Assembly (NCBI GenBank): GCA_048938385.1
Contig: JBHLMG010000021.1
Location: 1-44,275, forward strand
Origin: Promethearchaeota archaeon
GTDB taxonomy: Archaea > Asgardarchaeota > Hermodarchaeia > Hermodarchaeales > Hermodarchaeaceae
Length of the DNA stretch: 44,275 nucleotides
Reading direction: 5' to 3'
Shown: piece by piece, positions 28,801-37,494 of the stretch
Numbering within the stretch: position 1 is the first letter of the stretch
How the letters are laid out: each line of letters starts with the position of its first letter
Position numbers and translations under genes: made by a program
Notes under the pieces: generated by a model
What the model was told of the DNA's origin: nothing
Seen by the model: the letters and a program-made list of their open reading frames with translations, nothing else
Database searches by the model: none

Positions 28801-29262
28801 CACCGTTTGGGCTGCTTCCGTTCCGCCTGCAGCCCGTATGGGACCTGCAAAAAAGACAGCGAGGTATCGACTTCCATCAACATTTGTTTTGATTTTTACA
28901 TTAGCAATGCCTTCGATTGGTCCCGCGGTAATTCCTTCTGTCAGTATTGCCAAAGCGGTACGTATTGCCTGTTCAGCGGCCTTTTCAGGATTCCATCCTT
29001 CTACAGTAGCACTCTGAACTATTTCGCGAGCAATTTCAAGCGCAACAGAGTGCGTGGGCTCTGTTTCACTCAGTTCGCGGATTCGTTCCGCTACCCCTTC
29101 TGGTCCAACTAACCCTTCGACACGCCCAGCTACATCTTCAGCGGGACGCATTTCCACATCACGCGTTGGGTCTAGACCCTTGCTTCGGGCGGCTTTAGCT
29201 ACCTCTTCTAAGGCGTGGGCTTGTTCTCGAAGCGATGCTAGGTAGGCTTCTTGGTATTTCAA
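25807..29262 (-). CDS. polC: DNA polymerase D large subunit DP2
   Basis: AGPIRAAGGT, GGFRIRYGRSRNTG, KDGTVRFD, LAPHTSAG, catalytic RRNADGDED, Zn fingers, C-terminal PIP QITLKQF. Confidence 0.98.
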   Translation of the reverse strand: MKYQEAYLASLREQAHALEEVAKAARSKGLDPTRDVEMRPAEDVAGRVEGLVGPEGVAERIRELSETEPTHSVALEIAREIVQSATVEGWNPEKAAEQAIRTALAILTEGITAGPIEGIANVKIKTNVDGSRYLAVFFAGPIRAAGGTEAAQTVVIADAVRQQLDLDRYKPSLENIERYVEEIDLYNRVSHLQYPSKPEEVRLAARSIPVEVTGEPTAEVEVTGYRDIPGVETNRLRGGAILVLNDSVLGKAHKLANLVEQLNLPGWEWLDNLAPRESDETEVEQRIQPKEKYLEDIIAGRPVLAYPSRRGGFRIRYGRSRNTGLAALGVHPATMILLDNFIACGTQLIIERPGKACVALPVDSIHGPIVKLKNGSILRVNSVNEAKKIRQSVEKILFLGDLLVGYGEFRENNHLLVPAGYCPEWWAQEALLDLRSVTPDKRKKLFASIDNQTLSRLLHLPLQFYPDSWQALMISELLGVPLHPRYLYFWEDLSPSQLRLFCQWVRQLEPEYEGDRVTALHGTVTDDITPILETLCIPCHLNNTHIRFTESAPILFALFLGESQCDFTSLIDDTEDVINYLQKHWPVFLHPKGTFYIGARIGRPEKARRRTMSPPPHGIFPIGTAGGPMRDIRKAGNRIRVPIEANVRLCPQCNELQFLRKCPECDQETEQIFWCPVCNQQKKSYKCEVCETETNTYAPIKLPIKSYLDKARNQLGGRLPGRVKGVKGLMSQDKVPEILEKAILRARYDLFVYKDGTVRFDMTDAPLTHFKPSEIQVSPDQLKALGYHFDIDGAPLRNGSQILELKTQDIVIPYDCAKYLYRISKFIDDLLVQVYLLEPFYQLKSPENLVGQLIVGLAPHTSAGIIGRIIGFTPLRVCYAHPFWHAAKRRNADGDEDSVLLALDPMINFSRAYLPASRGGTMDTPLVLSVTISPKEIDDEAHNIDGSGLYPLEFYQRTMQFVDPKDVEDIFDLVAHRVVDHRIEPTAESYGLRFSHDTSGINNGPRVTTYTKLKTMEEKVERQLALGRLIAAVDVQDMAQRLLDSHFLPDIFGNIRAFSTQKFRCTGCNEKFRRIPLLGVCPECSGKLVLTVTKAGITKYIDLAARIVQDFQLPHYYQQRLDLATKVIDSLFPPEETKKQITLKQFSPASK

Positions 29263-29964
29263 TTAGCCCACCCTCACAGTCAGGAATATCAGTGAGACAA
29301 TTTCAAAGATTGCTAAAGCGAATCCTATTGCGACAGGATTGACGAGGTTGTCATTAATGGAAGGTGATACCAAATCTACCAAAAATAATACACTTGCAGC
29401 GATCAACCCGTAAATCCAAGGGATACCAATGAAATACCAAAGGGGAAGAAAAGCGAGGAAGCCAAAAACGAAGCCACCAATAGCACCCTCAAGAGTTCGG
29501 TTTCCTTTAAGCCGTCGTCTACCAAATTTTAATCCAATAATGGCTGCAGCACCATCACCAATCGCTGATACAAGAACAGCACTAACAGCTAACCATCCTG
29601 TGAGCATCCAAGCACATGAAAAATTAAACCAGATTAGGAGAAAATTACTGGTCAAATAGAGTGACAAAAAGATAAGTAGTGCGCCAACTGCGAAGTATAC
29701 CGAAGCCCCAAGCTTTGTTCTTTCTGTTGGGCGCATAACCCGATCGGTAATATGTCTAAACGGAAAATATCCGTATACTCGAACCCGAGTAAAGTCAAAT
29801 CCTATGAAAAATACAAGGCAAATTCCAGTAAAGCCTATAGAGAGCAGAGGCCCATGAATGGGGAGCATAATTTGAGTGCCAACCCAGTTTACGATAACAA
29901 CTAAAATCATTAACGAGTGGAAAAACTTCCGTTGGAACTCCATTGTAAGTTTTGGCTTTGCCAT
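29263..29964 (-). CDS. CTP-dependent polyprenol/diacylglycerol kinase family (SEC59/DGK1/VTE5-like)
   Basis: RKFFH, multiple TMs, GDGAAAIIG..G...RTLEG, DNL motifs. Confidence 0.85.
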   Translation of the reverse strand: MAKPKLTMEFQRKFFHSLMILVVIVNWVGTQIMLPIHGPLLSIGFTGICLVFFIGFDFTRVRVYGYFPFRHITDRVMRPTERTKLGASVYFAVGALLIFLSLYLTSNFLLIWFNFSCAWMLTGWLAVSAVLVSAIGDGAAAIIGLKFGRRRLKGNRTLEGAIGGFVFGFLAFLPLWYFIGIPWIYGLIAASVLFLVDLVSPSINDNLVNPVAIGFALAIFEIVSLIFLTVRVG

Positions 29965-30136
29965 TATCCCACACGACGATTATTCTACTCTTGTGAGTAA
30001 GGGAAGTACCATCGGCTATCAATTTTTCTAGGTACTGAACCTACCGGAGGATTATTGTGAACTTCCTGCCTTTGGGAAAAGGCTTTAAAGTTAAATACTG
30101 GTCAAATCTGCCTATCACAATAGGTGAAGCTCGAAG

Positions 30137-31114
30137 ATGGAACGCTTGTTCCGCCAAATACTCGTTTGTGGCGTAATTTCAATGCTCCTTATCGCAATCA
30201 CCCCACAGATGAGGGCTCTAGCTCAGCAAGATGAAGGACAGATAACTATTGTCTTTGATTTTAGCCATGATCAGCTATTTAGTCCTTTAAAGCGAAATTT
30301 CACAGAAGCAATCGATTTCCTGATTACACAGCCTGAGTATTTTGTACGAATTCTTGAAAGAGGAGAGCTTACAACAGAAAATCTGACCAGATCGCATATT
30401 CTTGTTATTTCGAACCCGGGCGAGAATTATACTAGTACCGAGCTTGAGGTTATCTCAAGTTATGTAGCCCAAGGGGGATCCTTGTTCTTATTAGGTGATT
30501 ATCAAGTCGAAGATAGAGCCATTGGAAATCCTATTGCGTTAAATGATATCCTTCAAGCGTTACATGTTGCTGGTATCCGATTTACGACAATCTCTGCAGA
30601 TAACGAGACCCAAGGAGATGCAATAATTGATCCAGTTAACTCTCAAACTCTTTCCTACTACATTATGGTGAACACAACCTATATCAACCTTGATCTACCT
30701 CGAGCAGTTATTGGCGCGGGTATTACTTCACTTATCATCGCAGGAGGATCTTTGACTTCTTCTAGTGGGGATTTGATTATTTCAACAGGAGCAGAAACCT
30801 CACAAGCCGTATCTGTTACTGGAGTAACGATTCAAAACCAGCCAGGGTGGTTAGCGGCTTTTCAAAATCAAAACGCTCACATCGTTTTATGCACTTCAAC
30901 AACGATGTTTACTAATACTCTTTGTGCTGCAACTAATGCAAGTTGGTTTGAGTCATACGATAATGCGCTTTTATGGTCGAATATCTTCCGTTGGATGGCA
31001 ATCCCTCTTATCCAAGATCCTACCCCAATCATGATTTTCTTTGTTGGAATCGTGTTGTTTGTCGGGATAGTGTTATTTGGTTACTCTCTTTTGCTTAAAA
31101 GGCGTGGGCGGTAG
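30137..31114 (+). CDS. Secreted type-I membrane protein with GIFT/DUF4350-like (Wbp1/IFT52-related) domain
   Basis: N-terminal signal peptide, IVFDFSH, YVAQGGSLFLLGD, LNDIL, DNALLWSNIFRW, C-terminal TM plus KRRGR; several N-X-S/T sequons. Confidence 0.65.
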   Translation: MERLFRQILVCGVISMLLIAITPQMRALAQQDEGQITIVFDFSHDQLFSPLKRNFTEAIDFLITQPEYFVRILERGELTTENLTRSHILVISNPGENYTSTELEVISSYVAQGGSLFLLGDYQVEDRAIGNPIALNDILQALHVAGIRFTTISADNETQGDAIIDPVNSQTLSYYIMVNTTYINLDLPRAVIGAGITSLIIAGGSLTSSSGDLIISTGAETSQAVSVTGVTIQNQPGWLAAFQNQNAHIVLCTSTTMFTNTLCAATNASWFESYDNALLWSNIFRWMAIPLIQDPTPIMIFFVGIVLFVGIVLFGYSLLLKRRGR

Positions 31115-31770
31115 AATAAGTTACGGGTGAAGGTTTTAATCCAGCGAAGTGTGTCGCGACGAGCGCGAATCTTTGATTCCTCATCCCCATAATTAGTGGC
31201 AATTGGAACCTCTCCAATTCTGAATCCGGCTCGTTGAGCATCAATTAGGATTTCGGTTTCAGCAGAGAACCCATCGTCTCGGATGGGTATTAGTTCCAGG
31301 ACGCTTTTCTTAAAAGCACGATAACCAGATTGCGAATCTGTCACTGGAATTTTAAAAAAAAGTCTTAGGGCCTGTGTCGTGAGTAGATTACTCAATTTTC
31401 GGATAAACGGCATTTCCTCTGATTGCGTTGAATATCGTGAACCAACAACGATATCGTAATCGTCTTGTATTTTGTTCAGAAAGCGAGGAATCGAATGGGG
31501 ATTGTGTTGAAGATCTCCATCGATTGTAACGATTACATCAAAATTCTGTTTAAGTGCATACTCGAACCCTGTGCGTAATGCTGCACCTTTACCTTTATTT
31601 GAAGGATGAGTGAGGACTGTAGCTCCACCTTCTTGTGCAATCTTACCTGTGCCATCTGTACTACCATCATCTACCACAATAACGCGATTACAATATTTCT
31701 GAGCAAGCGTTACAACACGGTTAATTGCCCGCGATTCTTGATATGCAGGAATGATGCAACATACTTTCAT
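31081..31770 (-). CDS. Glycosyltransferase family 2, DPM1-like (polyprenol-phosphate hexosyltransferase)
   Basis: IPAYQE, VVDDGSTDGT, NKGKGAA, IDGDLQH, DSQSGYR. Confidence 0.92.
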   Translation of the reverse strand: MKVCCIIPAYQESRAINRVVTLAQKYCNRVIVVDDGSTDGTGKIAQEGGATVLTHPSNKGKGAALRTGFEYALKQNFDVIVTIDGDLQHNPHSIPRFLNKIQDDYDIVVGSRYSTQSEEMPFIRKLSNLLTTQALRLFFKIPVTDSQSGYRAFKKSVLELIPIRDDGFSAETEILIDAQRAGFRIGEVPIATNYGDEESKIRARRDTLRWIKTFTRNLFYRPRLLSKRE

Positions 31771-31830
31771 CTTTTACCAGCGAAATTTACCAGTTAGGAT
31801 GTTGCGTTATGTGAGAGAAAATGAAAAACT

Positions 31831-32112
31831 TTACTGTTCTTGTGGTAGCTGAGAATTCGTGGGTTTCGAAGTGGTTACTCGGCTGCGGGCACAGATATCA
31901 ACAAATTCACCATACACATCAACTGGTTCAGTTAGAGGAGAAATCGAGAGAGTAGCTTGAACATCACAATTACTACAATGAATCTCAGCCTGGCCAATGT
32001 TTCGGTTTAACTCCACGCGTACTGCAGCACGCCCACACTTTGGACAATTGAAGATGGAGGGGATTGTGCGAGTTGGACGCCGGGGGGCAGTTTTTCTTCT
32101 TCGTCGACCCAT
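31831..32112 (-). CDS. elf1: Transcription elongation factor Elf1
   Basis: MGRRRRK, FNCPKC, CSNC, EPVDVYGEFVD. Confidence 0.92.
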   Translation of the reverse strand: MGRRRRKTAPRRPTRTIPSIFNCPKCGRAAVRVELNRNIGQAEIHCSNCDVQATLSISPLTEPVDVYGEFVDICARSRVTTSKPTNSQLPQEQ

Positions 32113-32175
32113 TAGATTAACCTTCAGTGTATAGTGTTGAGTATCCTATGTAACCTCGGGCATATTAATACAGCA

Positions 32176-33918
32176 CTACCTTGAACCTTTTCTTTCGAGG
32201 GCAGTCGTCAGCTGATCAGCTACTTCAATAGCTTCAGCATCGGAGAGCTGATTGACTGAAATTTCTAGCTCATTGGAGAAGTTGTTGAGGTTAATTCTAC
32301 CTGATACAATGATTTCCTTCCCAAGCAAGGTTTCTTCTACGCTTCGAACTGGTTCATCCTCGTTACCAGATTGCTCAATTAAAGCCCTAGCATCAGCACT
32401 ACTCATTCCAAAAAGCTTCTCTGCTGTGGAACCAATTAAACTTGCACGGATATTTTCTGTTCCGTCATCTACCACGATTTTCGCGATTAAGCGTGGTTCG
32501 AGTTGCTTAATGGTCCCACATTTTGGACATGTTATTGTAGAATCGCTAACCGAGACCTTCTTGAAGCATTTTGGACAAGAGTCGTAGACAGACTTTTGGT
32601 GAAAAACCTGAACGATAGTTCCTCGAATTGTTACATAATTGCCTTCAGTAACATCTGCTAAAATCTGGTGGGTTGAGGTCGGTAAAGAAGAAGCCAGTTG
32701 CAGAGTGGATGGATCTTTAATCTTAATATTAGGTGGATTTTGTGTTACTCGTGTTGATTCGTTGATATGGAGTTCTAGATCTTGTTGAAGACCAGATCGG
32801 CAACTAACTCCTTCTAAAAGGAGTTGAGTTCCAGGTTTTACTTCTACAAGTCGATCTGCTGCAGCACCCCACGCCACAGCGCGAACGCGCCCTGTGTCAT
32901 CCGCTAAAGTGAAGACCAACCGTTTGCCTTCTGTACCATCCCGGCGTGTAAAGGTCCTTACACCTTGATTTTCAACTACAACGACACCAACGGCTGCAAC
33001 GATTTCGCCCGGATTTAAATTCTTCAAAGCCTCAGGCTTTGAAGGTTCTATCTTGGAGGGACGATCTGAAGCAGAGCTAATTTGCTGAATACGACCGCGG
33101 CGCCCTAAATGCAGTTCGGGTTCGTTATTACGATCCAACTTTACATATCCACTTTCAATCCGGATGGTATCATTAACCACCAGTCTGTTGAACCATTCGC
33201 TTTGCTCATCCCATAAGACTAACCGGGTTTGACCAGTTGCATCCTGGATTGCTAGACTTGCGACGGTTCCTTCTGAGTCACCTCGGCTAAAAGTTGAAAT
33301 TCGGTATTTAGCAACGATCTCGCCCTGAATGTAAACATCGTCCAATCCCTCTTTGAGAGCCTTAATTTCCGTTAGAACCCTAGTTGCTTCAGGGAATTCT
33401 TTCGGATCAACATCGGGGGGGTTTATCATAATTCGACTTCCGCTTCCAAGATGGATTTCGAGTTGGTCTCGAAGACCTGTTCTCACACGACCATTAATAA
33501 CCCGAATTATGTCGCCTTCATCGAATTCCTGATCCTCTATGGGTTGTGTATGGTTATTCCAAAAAGTAACTCGAATGGAACCGGTTGAATCGCTTCCAAC
33601 GATACTGGCGACTTTTCCTTCTCCGCCTTGCTTACGCTGAAAGCTTCGCACAGGATAAATCCGAAGTACCTTCAAGTTCAATGATACTCCCGTCATCCCT
33701 GCCACGAGATCGCGTACGGTAAGTTTAAGCTCGGGAGTTGGTTGTCTTTCAAATAGGTCTAAATTTAACTCACGCGCTACCAAGGAGGCCGCGCCCTCAT
33801 CGGTCACATAGCCATTCAGTTCTTTCTTCTTTGCTTCAATTAATCGGAGCACTTCCTCTTTGGATTTCCCGGATTTGCTGACAATTAAATCCACAACTTC
33901 ACCAAGTTTAAGTGGCAC
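32176..33918 (-). CDS. rpa: Replication protein A large subunit (four OB folds plus Zn finger)
   Basis: N-terminal helical domain, repeated DxTGxxxxxxW OB motifs, CPKC..CPKC, VDDGTENIR. Confidence 0.92.
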   Translation of the reverse strand: MPLKLGEVVDLIVSKSGKSKEEVLRLIEAKKKELNGYVTDEGAASLVARELNLDLFERQPTPELKLTVRDLVAGMTGVSLNLKVLRIYPVRSFQRKQGGEGKVASIVGSDSTGSIRVTFWNNHTQPIEDQEFDEGDIIRVINGRVRTGLRDQLEIHLGSGSRIMINPPDVDPKEFPEATRVLTEIKALKEGLDDVYIQGEIVAKYRISTFSRGDSEGTVASLAIQDATGQTRLVLWDEQSEWFNRLVVNDTIRIESGYVKLDRNNEPELHLGRRGRIQQISSASDRPSKIEPSKPEALKNLNPGEIVAAVGVVVVENQGVRTFTRRDGTEGKRLVFTLADDTGRVRAVAWGAAADRLVEVKPGTQLLLEGVSCRSGLQQDLELHINESTRVTQNPPNIKIKDPSTLQLASSLPTSTHQILADVTEGNYVTIRGTIVQVFHQKSVYDSCPKCFKKVSVSDSTITCPKCGTIKQLEPRLIAKIVVDDGTENIRASLIGSTAEKLFGMSSADARALIEQSGNEDEPVRSVEETLLGKEIIVSGRINLNNFSNELEISVNQLSDAEAIEVADQLTTALERKGSR

Positions 33919-34007
33919 GCGTTAAAACAACTCCCTAGCATGATTTGATTACATCACAGGCTTTTTGCAGCCTTCGTATTAAAACATGCCTTTAGAATGT
34001 TTATCTC

Positions 34008-36830
34008 GTGGGGCGAAAAGTGGTCGACAATGTCTTTCAATCGTTGGATCAGCGGCTTATTCGAGAGCTAGTGAGGCTTGGGTTTGATCAACCAACACCT
34101 ATTCAGACCCACAGCATTCCTCAGATACTGAACGGTAAATCGGTATTACTCATCGCGCCCACTGGTCATGGAAAGACAGAAGCCGCGTTCTTTCCCCTCA
34201 TCCATCGACTCCTGAATACCGAACCTCAAGTAGAGGGAGTACAAATTCTATGGATAACGCCTCTACGTGCTTTAAACCGCGATATTTTAAGGCGTCTTGT
34301 TTCAATTGCCCAGCAACTTGAGGTTAGCGTTGAAGTACGCCACGGTGATACAAAGCCCTCTGTACGGCGCCAACAAACCTTGAAGCCACCTAAAATGTTT
34401 ATTTCAACACCTGAAACGCTACAAGCGCTCTTAACAGGAAAAAGGATACGGGAGCATCTGCGAAGCGTACAGAGCGTAGTCATTGATGAAGTTCATGAAG
34501 TAGCCGCAAGTAAGCGAGGCGTTCAGCTAATGGTGGCCTTGGAACGCCTTCGAGAGATTACTGGCAGTCCCTTTCAACGGATTGGGCTATCGGCGACCGT
34601 GGGAAACGCTGAAGAAATTTGTGCCTTTATGAGTGGACCTGAAACCACGGAAATAATCGAATCCCCTGAAACCAAGGAATTTAATTTTCGTCTTGAATAC
34701 CAGCCTTTCAAATACGACGGTGTCCATGAATCCCCGTTAGATGGTCCTGCAACACGAGTTTTAGAGCTTGTTGATAGCCACACTTCTACCTTAATATTTT
34801 GTAATGAACGGCAAACAGCTGAAGCGCTAGCACTCAGGCTAGCTAAGCTTCGGGGTTCTGAAGCTGGAGTTCATCATGGCTCGCTTTCGCGAACAGCGCG
34901 AATTGAAGCAGAGAAGAACTTCAAGGACGGCAGGATTCCATACTTAGTGTGTACTTCATCTCTCGAATTGGGTTTGGATATTGGCTCAGTGGATTTAGTC
35001 ATCCAATTTGGCTCACCACGCCAAGTGATTAGATTACTCCAGCGCGTAGGCCGATCAGGTCATAAACTTGAGCAGGAATCTAAGGGCGTTATATTGACTA
35101 GTAGGTTTGACGATCTCTGTGAGAGCTTAGCAGTGGTAAATCGAGCACTAGGAGGATATCTAGAAAGACCACCAGTCCACTATGACGCCCTTGATGTGTG
35201 TGCTCATCAACTAGTCGGTTTAGCGATTGAATACAAGACTTTGACTTTTGAACACGCCCAAAAGATCATAACACGCGCCACACCTTTTCGCAACCTTGAC
35301 AGCGATTCATTCAATCGTATAATTCTCTCACTACAAAAAGAGGGCCTATTGGCGAAGGACGATATGTTGCTTCGCCCTCGCCGCAAAGCCTATGCATATT
35401 ATTTCGAAAACTTATCCGTGATCCCTGATATCCCACATCATAAAGTCGTAAATCTTGCTTCCAACCGACTGATCGGACGACTTGACACGGGATTTGCGGA
35501 GGAGTATGGACAAACTGGCAGTATTTTGGTGTTGCGTGGTCGACCCTGGGAAGTTGTCAAACAGGATGATGAAAAAGTGTATGTGACTCCAGTAAATGAA
35601 ACGAAGGGAAGGATCCCGAGATGGAGCGGAGAACTCATTCCTGTTTCAAGCGAGGTGGTTGCCAAAGTAAGTGAAATGTGGGATGAAATAGCTAAACGCT
35701 TAGAAACCCCTCATCAATTGTCCTTTGAGATTGATGTGCAGCCTGAAGCTATTGAGACTTTGTTGGATGTTGTCAAAAAACAACAAGAAGCATTCATACC
35801 AACATTATCTAAACTCTATGTAGAAATTGGTCATGAACTAGTAGTAATTCATTCATGTAATGGAACGCGTGTGAACGAAACTCTTGGTCGAATTCTTGCA
35901 GCTCTTTTAACCTCTCAACTTGGAATTGAAATTGCATTTCATGCGGATCAGTTCAGAATTCTTTTCAGATTTGAGCGTGGAGAAGGAATAACTGTAGGAG
36001 AAGCAGTTTGTGATGGATTACAGACTGTTGAACCCGAAAGAATTGTCGATTTACTTGAGCTGATTCTTCTTCGTTCTCCCTATTTTGCTCGGCGATTCCT
36101 TCACATTGCACGAAGATTTGGTGCAATCTCGCGAAGTGCGAAGCTTCGAAGTTCTCAGCTTCTGCGCATAATGCAATATTTCACAGATACTCCGATGATT
36201 GAGGAAGCCCTTCGAGAGTTTTACACAGATAAATTAGATATCAAGAAGACAAGGTCTCTTTTGTATTCAATTAAAGCGGGAAACGTTGTCGTCGAACGCA
36301 TTTACCGAAACCGTCCATCACCCTTTGCTAGACAAATCCTAGCACGATTTGGTGAATTCCTTGAACCGGAAATCCCAGAGGCATACATCCTTGAACAAAC
36401 CAAGAAGCGTTTACTGAACCGGAAAGTCAAATTAGTCTGTTTACATTGTGGCCAATGGTCTAGCGTTCGAACGATTAAACATGTTGATGATCATCCTCAG
36501 TGCAAGAAATGTAATTCACGGTTAGTTGCTGGAATTTTTCCAACCGATGATCTTTTGGAAAGGGCAATTCGGCGTCACCGAGCTGGGCAAAAATTGAATC
36601 CTGAAGAGAAAAAGGCGCTGAGAAAGGGAAGAGAAAATGCCAATGTAGTGTTGGATCATGGAAAGGCAGCCTTAATCGCTATGGCAGGTCGAGGGGTTGG
36701 ACCTACGGTGGCGAAGCGTATCTTAGCTGGGAGTCACGAGCGTACAGAGAAGGATTTCTATCGGCTTATTTTAGAAAACGAAAAGCAATTCATAAGGACC
36801 AGGGAATGGTGGACGGAAACCACAACTTGA
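34008..36830 (+). CDS. lhr: Lhr-like SF2 helicase with C-terminal Zn finger
   Basis: APTGHGKT, TPLRALNRD, DEVH, LSAT, HHGSLS, TSSLELGLDIG, QRVGRSGH, IPRWSGE, CLHC..CKKC. Confidence 0.95.
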   Translation: MGRKVVDNVFQSLDQRLIRELVRLGFDQPTPIQTHSIPQILNGKSVLLIAPTGHGKTEAAFFPLIHRLLNTEPQVEGVQILWITPLRALNRDILRRLVSIAQQLEVSVEVRHGDTKPSVRRQQTLKPPKMFISTPETLQALLTGKRIREHLRSVQSVVIDEVHEVAASKRGVQLMVALERLREITGSPFQRIGLSATVGNAEEICAFMSGPETTEIIESPETKEFNFRLEYQPFKYDGVHESPLDGPATRVLELVDSHTSTLIFCNERQTAEALALRLAKLRGSEAGVHHGSLSRTARIEAEKNFKDGRIPYLVCTSSLELGLDIGSVDLVIQFGSPRQVIRLLQRVGRSGHKLEQESKGVILTSRFDDLCESLAVVNRALGGYLERPPVHYDALDVCAHQLVGLAIEYKTLTFEHAQKIITRATPFRNLDSDSFNRIILSLQKEGLLAKDDMLLRPRRKAYAYYFENLSVIPDIPHHKVVNLASNRLIGRLDTGFAEEYGQTGSILVLRGRPWEVVKQDDEKVYVTPVNETKGRIPRWSGELIPVSSEVVAKVSEMWDEIAKRLETPHQLSFEIDVQPEAIETLLDVVKKQQEAFIPTLSKLYVEIGHELVVIHSCNGTRVNETLGRILAALLTSQLGIEIAFHADQFRILFRFERGEGITVGEAVCDGLQTVEPERIVDLLELILLRSPYFARRFLHIARRFGAISRSAKLRSSQLLRIMQYFTDTPMIEEALREFYTDKLDIKKTRSLLYSIKAGNVVVERIYRNRPSPFARQILARFGEFLEPEIPEAYILEQTKKRLLNRKVKLVCLHCGQWSSVRTIKHVDDHPQCKKCNSRLVAGIFPTDDLLERAIRRHRAGQKLNPEEKKALRKGRENANVVLDHGKAALIAMAGRGVGPTVAKRILAGSHERTEKDFYRLILENEKQFIRTREWWTETTT

Positions 36831-36848
36831 CAAGCCTTAAGGGTGCAA

Positions 36849-36956
36849 CTACTCTTCTTGACGACCGCTAAGAATATGGAACCCTAAAATTAGCAAGCCT
36901 GCTAGAATAGCTAGACCGAGGGCAACAAGATAGTAGATTTGGTATAACAAACTCAT
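36849..36956 (-). CDS. Unannotated 35-aa single-pass membrane microprotein, OST4-like (42 aa if TTG 36977 is used)
   Basis: Manual translation MSLLYQIYYLVALGLAILAGLLILGFHILSGRQEE*; fills the lhr-SWIM gap; below the ORF-track cutoff. Confidence 0.6.
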   Translation of the reverse strand: MSLLYQIYYLVALGLAILAGLLILGFHILSGRQEE

Positions 36957-36999
36957 CGGCAGTACCGTCCTGCTCAATCCATCAGCTTGTTTTTAACTT

Positions 37000-37431
37000 T
37001 TACTCACTACCCCTCTTCTTCTTGGAGGATAATTGAGATTGCTCTAAGGCTTCCCATTCGTTGCGTAGTGTTTCATACATCATATCATCTACCCGTAACT
37101 CAGAAAAAATACCAAGCGCATCTGCGAGTATCTTTGCTAAGATATGGTAACAGAGATCTGCATCCCGTTTTACAATGACATTGATATAGAAATCTTCACA
37201 GTCGCAATAGATTTGTGAGAGAACCCGGTAATCGCGTGACTTCCCAACAACAATCCAAGCTTCTCTTCCACTTGGTTCAAAGATGTATTTTTTTACCAAA
37301 TCAGAAACAACAGCATGTAGAGCCTTCCAAAACCGTTCACCACATAACTGGCTCAGCGTAACAAGGTCTGACCCAGAGAGGCTTTGGGTTTTTGCGATCT
37401 CTTCAAAGATGCTACTAAGTTCGTCTTTCAT
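37000..37431 (-). CDS. SWIM zinc-finger protein, ZSWIM7/SWS1-like
   Basis: PSGR..W.V.G, YCDCEDF...LCYHILA (CxC-Xn-CxH); length and N-terminal helices match recalled human ZSWIM7. Confidence 0.85.
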   Translation of the reverse strand: MKDELSSIFEEIAKTQSLSGSDLVTLSQLCGERFWKALHAVVSDLVKKYIFEPSGREAWIVVGKSRDYRVLSQIYCDCEDFYINVIVKRDADLCYHILAKILADALGIFSELRVDDMMYETLRNEWEALEQSQLSSKKKRGSE

Positions 37432-37494
37432 TAATCCTACCGTCTAGCATCACAAAGAAAAAAATACCTATCACATTAATATCTTTGAGAAAAT

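Noticed and set aside
25983-29245. Many plus-strand ORFs opposite DP2 (and similar ones opposite other long genes)
   Set aside because: Antisense shadows of a highly conserved CDS with no recognisable motifs.
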